From NCBI GenBank assembly GCA_963749075.1, contig CAVVLJ010000020.1, positions 576,001 through 640,000 on the forward strand: a stretch of 64,000 bases of DNA. Direction: 5' to 3'. Source of the DNA: an uncultured Pseudomonadota bacterium (lineage in GTDB: Bacteria; Pseudomonadota; Alphaproteobacteria; JACZXZ01). The number at the start of each line of letters is the position of its first letter. Within the stretch, counting starts at the first letter, position 1. The translations under genes and the position numbers were made by a program. Below the pieces are notes generated by a model that worked only from the letters and a program-made list of their open reading frames with translations, was not told where the DNA came from and ran no database searches. Positions 58,577-64,000 of the stretch are shown here, piece by piece.

Positions 58577-59260
58577 ATGCGCTGTCTCGTGATCGAGGAC
58601 GAGGTCGAGACCGCGCGCTACATCTGCAACGGCCTCAAAGAGGCGGGCTTCGCCGTGGTGTGGTGCGGCAACGGCGTCGACGGGCTGCATCTGGCGACCG
58701 GCGAGCGATGGGACATCATCGTCCTCGACCGCATGCTCCCGGGCGAGATCGAGGGCCTGTCGATCGTCCGGACCGTCCGCGAGCTTGGCAAGACGACGCC
58801 TGTCCTGATCCTGAGCGCCCTTGCGAGCCTCGACGAGCGCGTGCGCGGGCTCGACGGCGGCGGCGACGATTACCTCACCAAGCCGTTCGCGTTCTCCGAG
58901 TTGCTTGCCCGCGTGCACGCCCTGCTGCGCCGCTCGGGGATGCAGCCGGAAGAGATTTCCGAGCTCTCGATCGCCGACTTGAAGCTCGACCTGAGGCGGC
59001 GCAAGGTCGAGCGCGCCGCGGTTCCGATCGCGTTGCAACCGCGGGAATTCCGCCTGCTCGAATATCTGGTCCGTCACCAGGGACAGGTGGTCACCCGCAC
59101 CATGCTTCTCGAGTCGGTATGGGATTATCACTTCGATCCGCAGACCAATGTCATCAACGTCCAGATCAGCCGGCTGCGCCAGAAGATAGACAAGGGCTTC
59201 TCGCCGGCGCTCCTGCATACTCTGCGCGGCGTCGGCTACATCATGAGCGTCAATGACTAA
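58577..59260 (+). CDS. OmpR/CusR-family response regulator
   Basis: LVIED, LDRMLP, DDYLTKPF, winged helix ending LRGVGY. Confidence 0.93.
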   Translation: MRCLVIEDEVETARYICNGLKEAGFAVVWCGNGVDGLHLATGERWDIIVLDRMLPGEIEGLSIVRTVRELGKTTPVLILSALASLDERVRGLDGGGDDYLTKPFAFSELLARVHALLRRSGMQPEEISELSIADLKLDLRRRKVERAAVPIALQPREFRLLEYLVRHQGQVVTRTMLLESVWDYHFDPQTNVINVQISRLRQKIDKGFSPALLHTLRGVGYIMSVND

Positions 59261-60701
59261 GCTGTGGAATTCCGTCTCGTTCCGCCTGGCGCTGGGCCAC
59301 GGCGCGCTGATGATCTGCGCCATGGCGATGATTTCATGGGCGGTCTATTTCGGCACCGTCGGCGTGCTCAACCGCGGGATCGACGCGAAGCTCTTCGCGA
59401 CCTCGCGACGGCTCTCTCAGCAATTCGAGATAAGCGGCATCGAACGGCTCAGGCGCGATATAGACGGGCTCCTGACGGACGGCATAGATCAGGACACGGA
59501 AGTCTACCTCCTTCTCGACGCGGGCGGGCGGCGGATGACGGGCAATCTCTCAGGATGGAACGCCGCTCAGATGCCCTTTGAGCGCCTGACCGATCAGGTG
59601 GCGACCCGGAGCGAGCTCGGCGCCGATCACGATCAGCCGTCGGTCAGCCGGCTCCTGCCGCACCGATTGTCGAATGGCGCCGTGCTCGTGGTCGGCCGCG
59701 ACATACAGGATATACGCGAGATCGAGCAGCTCGTGCTCCGCGCTCTTACCGTGGGGGGCGGAGTGACCTTGCTGCTTGCGATCGGCGGCGTCTTCCTGCT
59801 GCGCCGGCAGCTCGAGCACCGCGTCGCGGTGATCCGCCGGACGGCCCTCGAGATCGAAGCCGGAGACTTGAGCCGTCGCATCCCCGTATCCGATACGCCG
59901 GACGAGTTCAGCCGGCTGAGCGGCGACATCAACCATATGCTCGACCGCATCCAGCATTTGATGGACGGCGTGCGGGACGTCTCCAATGCCATCGCGCACG
60001 ATCTGCGCACACCGCTCGGCCGCATCCGAAGCTTGCTCGACGAGGCGCTGCTGCCCGGCAAGGGAGCGAAGCGCCTCTCCGAGGCCGCCGTCGCCGCGAT
60101 CGGCGGGATCGACGAGCTCATCACCGTCTTCGACAAGCTCCTGCAGATCGCGGAGGCTGAGTCGGGGACCCGGCGCCAGTCCTTCCGACCCGTCGCACTC
60201 AGGGAGGTGATCACCGACGTCGTCGAGCTCTACGATGCCGCCGCCGAAGCAAAGGACATCTCCCTTGCGGTCGAGATCGACGGCGAGCCTATGACGCTCG
60301 GCGACAAGGACCTGTTGCGCAGCGCCACGGCAAACCTCATCGACAATGCACTTAAATATGCCGGCAGCGGTGCCGCCGTGCGTGTCCGCGCGGCGCAAGA
60401 CCAGAGCACCGCGTCGATCGTCGTCGAGGACGACGGACCCGGCATTCCGCCCGAGGAGCTGGCAAAAGTCGCCACGCGGTTCTATCGCCTCGATCGCAGC
60501 CGGAGCCTTCCCGGCAACGGTCTCGGGCTTCCGATCGTGGCCGCCATCGGCCGTCTTCACGGCGGAACGGTCTCTTTGGAAAGCGCCCATCCCGGCCTCA
60601 TCGCGCGCATCGTCCTTCCGCGCGCAAGCGTCGCGGCGCGCAGTGCTGCCGCAATGGAGACGGCCTCCAGGGTGCGCGCGGCCAGCAACACGCCGGTCTG
60701 A
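59253..60701 (+). CDS. HAMP sensor histidine kinase
   Basis: Two TM helices, HAMP, AHDLRTPL, NLIDNALKY, DDGPGI, GLGL. Confidence 0.93.
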   Translation: MTKLWNSVSFRLALGHGALMICAMAMISWAVYFGTVGVLNRGIDAKLFATSRRLSQQFEISGIERLRRDIDGLLTDGIDQDTEVYLLLDAGGRRMTGNLSGWNAAQMPFERLTDQVATRSELGADHDQPSVSRLLPHRLSNGAVLVVGRDIQDIREIEQLVLRALTVGGGVTLLLAIGGVFLLRRQLEHRVAVIRRTALEIEAGDLSRRIPVSDTPDEFSRLSGDINHMLDRIQHLMDGVRDVSNAIAHDLRTPLGRIRSLLDEALLPGKGAKRLSEAAVAAIGGIDELITVFDKLLQIAEAESGTRRQSFRPVALREVITDVVELYDAAAEAKDISLAVEIDGEPMTLGDKDLLRSATANLIDNALKYAGSGAAVRVRAAQDQSTASIVVEDDGPGIPPEELAKVATRFYRLDRSRSLPGNGLGLPIVAAIGRLHGGTVSLESAHPGLIARIVLPRASVAARSAAAMETASRVRAASNTPV

Positions 60702-60740
60702 GCCGCCGCCAAAGGGCTCCCGCCCGATCGTGGAGCCAGG

Positions 60741-61481
60741 TCAGGGAGATCGATTCTCGATCCGGATGCGATCCCTGGTCGTCGAAAAGAATCCTTCGAT
60801 ATTGCCGGCGACTTTCGGAAGATCGCTCGCGAGCTTGTCCAAATCCACGTGGCGGTCGTGCGGGAGCTCCGCAATCCAACCGCTTCGCTTCCAGACGATG
60901 TAGATCCAGAAGCTGCGCGTATAGGTGCAGTCGGGACAGGTGACCATCCCCACACCGAAGATGCGGTTCCCCGGCTCGAGGTCGGACTCGGCACCCGCGC
61001 TCGCGAAGAGGGCAATGGCGCCGCTTCGCTCGTGCGGCCTGATATAGTCGAACCCCGCCGCCGGGATCTGCAGCGGGTTGCGGTCCGTCGCCAAATCCGG
61101 CCGGTCGAGGTTCCACAGCAGGAACGAATATTTGATATCGCGCGCCACTTTGCCGGAATTATTGATGAGCAGCAGCGAGGGCTGCAGGGGATAGACGAAG
61201 CGGAAGGTGACATCCGGCCGCTCCGCGCCGACATAACCGTCCCTGACGGGCTTCCAGCCGACGGCCAGGAGCAGTGCCGCGCCGATCAAGGCGAGGCAAA
61301 TCTTGCGCGAGCGCGATTGCGCGGTCATCAAGGGCGAGAGCCAGACGAGATCGGCGACAATGCCCTCTGCCGCCAGCAACAGGACGACGCGGCACCACCA
61401 GCTCGTCGGCAGCCCCACCGCCAGAGCCGTGACGGCGACCGCCGCGCAAATTTCGATACCGGTGCCGACCGGTCTTGCCAT
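60741..61481 (-). CDS. Hypothetical membrane protein
   Basis: About three N-terminal TM segments, then a soluble domain with CPDC; GGAAAG upstream. Confidence 0.55.
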   Translation of the reverse strand: MARPVGTGIEICAAVAVTALAVGLPTSWWCRVVLLLAAEGIVADLVWLSPLMTAQSRSRKICLALIGAALLLAVGWKPVRDGYVGAERPDVTFRFVYPLQPSLLLINNSGKVARDIKYSFLLWNLDRPDLATDRNPLQIPAAGFDYIRPHERSGAIALFASAGAESDLEPGNRIFGVGMVTCPDCTYTRSFWIYIVWKRSGWIAELPHDRHVDLDKLASDLPKVAGNIEGFFSTTRDRIRIENRSP

Positions 61482-61763
61482 CTTGAGCTTTCCGCGCAGG
61501 AACGCGCCGGCCTTTGGTCGCGGCATGCCGTTGGGTCTTCGTTGGAAGGCTCGAGGCGCCCGGGCGCCGTCTTGGGCGCTCCTTCCGGACGTGCAACCGA
61601 TGCGCATCCTATGGCTTGAAGCCTCTCCGGATGATTTCCATCGGGTTATCGTTTGGAAATCTCGCGCCGCCGCGGGGGATGCATCCGCACGACGGGCGGA
61701 CAAAGAGAGAGCCCCTCCCCCGCCTTCCGGTTTGCTCCGACGACGTCGAGATGCGGACAGGCA

Positions 61764-63311
61764 CTACTGTGTCAGCACGACCTCGGTCAGGCCGGAGCCG
61801 CTGCCGCCGCTGACGTTGCAATTCATCGCGAAGTAATTGTTCTTGTATTGGCAATCCTCGCCGTAACCGGGGCCGTTCACCGTCATCCCGGTGCAATGGC
61901 TGGCCGGCCCGTAATACTGCTCTCCGGGCCCGACGCCGCCGGCGTCGTCCCACCAGAACACCGTGGCGGGCGCGATCGCCGACGAGCCGCTGCCGCTCGC
62001 CAAGGCCGAAATCTGAGCGCAAGTGGGTGCCGCAAACTGAGCGCCGCCGCCGGTCAGCGACGAGCAGTTGGGAACGGCGGCGGCGGGTGCCGTGGAACTG
62101 TTCGACAGGCCGTTGATGTAGTTTTGCGTGACGCCGGTTTGGATATAGAGCGAGCAGTTGGGCGAGCTCGAGCTTGGCGCTGTCCGGTATTGGGTGCTGC
62201 AGGAGTAGGTCGTCACCGACCCGGACACCGACGAGGAACAGTTGGAATAGCCCGAACTGGGCGCATTGATCCCGAGATAGGTCGCGAGCGTGTTGTAGGA
62301 CCCCGACGCGATCGGCTCGGTGATCGTGGTGCCGCTGGGATACAAAATGCTGGGCGGCAGCGTGACGGACACCGCCGTAATCGTGGTGGTGCCGTGAGAC
62401 GTCGTGCTCGTGACTTTGACGGTATAGGAATAGTTGGTGTTCTGGCTGGGGGACTGGGCGTTCCCGAGCAAGGACGAATAGAAGGCCTGCGAGCCGCCAT
62501 TGGGAGCGCCGTAGGAATTCGCTCCGGTGACCGCGGCCCCGCAAGAGGGATTGCCGGTATTGCCGTTGGTGTCGTTGCGTAGCATCACGCCGAGCGGCTG
62601 ATTGACGTTGAAGGTCGGAAGGGCCTGTCCGGGGGGCATTGTGGCGAGCGGGTTGGGAGACGAATAGCTCGTGCCGATCTCGTAATAATTGCCCTGGTTT
62701 GAGCTGCTGGTTGCCACCGAGAAAGTGGGAACCGCGCCGTAATTGTATCCGGTGCCGGCTGTGTTTTTCGGCACCTGATAGAGATAGACGGTGTTGCCGT
62801 CGCATGCCTGGGAGTTGACGTTGGTGAATTCGAGCTGCGGCGTGATCACGGGATTGCCGGCAGTCCCCGAGGCGCTCACGTAGAGCGTGTGGTAGACGAG
62901 GTAGAGGAAGGTCGTCGCGAGAGTGCCGCTGGCACTGACGGTGACGGTGTAGGCGTTGGCGGTTCCGAGCGCCGGGTTGATCGTTCCGCTCGTGTTGGTG
63001 GTCACCGACGGCGAACCGACCGTGAGGCCGTTCGGCAGGATGGCGGCCTTGAAGTAGTTGGTGGCGACGGTCTGCGCGTTGCTCGCCGAGCCTGGGCCGA
63101 TGAAGGCGGCAGCGCCCGCGAGTGCCGCTGCGTCGACGGCGCTTTGCAGGACATACCTGGCCTGGACCGCGCGCGCATAATCGATGGCAGCACCCAGGGC
63201 GATCATGAAGGGCGTCAGCATCAAAGCGAACATGATGGCCACCTGGCCGCTCCTGTCGCCGAGCAGCCGGAGGGGCCTGGGCATGAGCTTCGCTTTCGGG
63301 AGAAGCGACAT
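61764..63311 (-). CDS. tadG: TadG-like pseudopilin with a long Ser/Thr/Asn/Cys-rich C-terminus
   Basis: SG|QVAIMFALML, IDYAR, LQSAVDAAALAGA; AGGAA RBS. Confidence 0.82.
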   Translation of the reverse strand: MSLLPKAKLMPRPLRLLGDRSGQVAIMFALMLTPFMIALGAAIDYARAVQARYVLQSAVDAAALAGAAAFIGPGSASNAQTVATNYFKAAILPNGLTVGSPSVTTNTSGTINPALGTANAYTVTVSASGTLATTFLYLVYHTLYVSASGTAGNPVITPQLEFTNVNSQACDGNTVYLYQVPKNTAGTGYNYGAVPTFSVATSSSNQGNYYEIGTSYSSPNPLATMPPGQALPTFNVNQPLGVMLRNDTNGNTGNPSCGAAVTGANSYGAPNGGSQAFYSSLLGNAQSPSQNTNYSYTVKVTSTTSHGTTTITAVSVTLPPSILYPSGTTITEPIASGSYNTLATYLGINAPSSGYSNCSSSVSGSVTTYSCSTQYRTAPSSSSPNCSLYIQTGVTQNYINGLSNSSTAPAAAVPNCSSLTGGGAQFAAPTCAQISALASGSGSSAIAPATVFWWDDAGGVGPGEQYYGPASHCTGMTVNGPGYGEDCQYKNNYFAMNCNVSGGSGSGLTEVVLTQ

Positions 63312-63319
63312 GGCGTTCC

Positions 63320-63922
63320 TCACGTACAGGGAGAGGTGCAGGAGATCGGCGAATTGCCGCGCGGCCGGGCAAAGGATGTCTGGCTGAACGTGAAGAGGCC
63401 CGGGAGCACGTATTGGATGGCCGAGCTGTAGATGTAGGTCGCTTGGACGACGATCACGCTGTCGCCGGGGGCGCCGGCATTCGGCACCAGGTTGGTGGGC
63501 GTCGTCGCATCGGTGACGGCTCCGGAGCCCATCGCCGTCGCAGCGACGGTACAGGACAGGTCGCTTTCCCAATCTTCCTTGACGCCGCCGGACGTGTAGT
63601 TGGTGACGCTGGCGATCGCGACCGAGAACGCATTGGCATTGCCGGATGTCCCATTGGTCGGGAATGGCGTCATCACGAGCATTCCGGCTTTGCAGAAATT
63701 GCCCAGCGATCCGCTGGTGCCGCTGGTGACGCCGTTGATCTGCTGTGCGGCCAGGTCGGCGATCGCCGCGGCTGCATTGCTCAGCATCATGGCGGCCCGG
63801 ACCATTTGGGCGCCTTCGTAAAGGCCATACATGATGATGATCATGACCGGCGCCACGAGCACGAATTCGAGGGCGGCCACCCCGCGTTTATCGGCGATGC
63901 GGGAGCCGAGCCGGCGCAGCAT
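63320..63922 (-). CDS. tadE: TadE/TadF-like pseudopilin
   Basis: RG|VAALEFVLVAP, C-terminal FARPR. Confidence 0.85.
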   Translation of the reverse strand: MLRRLGSRIADKRGVAALEFVLVAPVMIIIMYGLYEGAQMVRAAMMLSNAAAAIADLAAQQINGVTSGTSGSLGNFCKAGMLVMTPFPTNGTSGNANAFSVAIASVTNYTSGGVKEDWESDLSCTVAATAMGSGAVTDATTPTNLVPNAGAPGDSVIVVQATYIYSSAIQYVLPGLFTFSQTSFARPRGNSPISCTSPCT

Positions 63923-64000
63923 CAGTAAGGCTCGGTCTGGAAGGCGATCGTCGATATGAGAAAACCGCCGGTCGTGCCGAGCACGTCGGCGACCCACTGA
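63922..64000 (-). CDS. TadE-like pseudopilin, 3' end only
   Basis: Manual translation QWVADVLGTTGGFLISTIAFQTEPY*, matching the AF(R/Q)xEP(F/Y) end of alphaproteobacterial TadE; TGA overlaps the next ATG. Confidence 0.65.
   Translation of the reverse strand, partial: QWVADVLGTTGGFLISTIAFQTEPY

Noticed and set aside
1-64000. Many long Arg/Ala/Pro-rich or antisense ORFs in the ORF track (e.g. 5854-7842, 18926-21076, 42605-44308)
   Set aside because: Shadow frames of well-supported genes in high-GC DNA, with no family motifs

Overview
High-GC alphaproteobacterial chromosome segment, probably Rhodospirillales-like; this is inferred from the xseB-ispA-dxs-tlyA-rlmD block, the Tad pseudopilins and the repeat families. 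About 60 CDS: a P450, three DAO-family flavoproteins, three ABC importers (YnjBCD-like, NitT/TauT-like, Liv-like), an uncharacterised radical SAM gene between two of them, two DUF1800-DUF1501 pairs, lemA-TPM-TPM, two OmpA-family genes, a phenylacetate lower-pathway operon led by a PaaA-like protein with degenerate di-iron ligands, a persulfide dioxygenase with TusA, two vapBC pairs and an orphan HTH antitoxin. Two visibly AT-richer tracts each carry an orphan Tad pseudopilin cassette, one next to IS5 remnants. No rRNA, tRNA or CRISPR was seen. Main observations: (i) four families of dispersed palindromic elements, one inserted exactly in frame (35 codons) into a signal-peptide N-region and one supplying a ribosome-binding site; (ii) four +1 frameshifts, each repairable by deleting one A/T to regenerate GANTC or GACGTC, which suggests methylation-linked sequencing errors; (iii) a chimeric ORF at an island border; (iv) orphan, possibly exchangeable Tad tip cassettes. 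All product calls come from motif recognition by eye, with no database searches.
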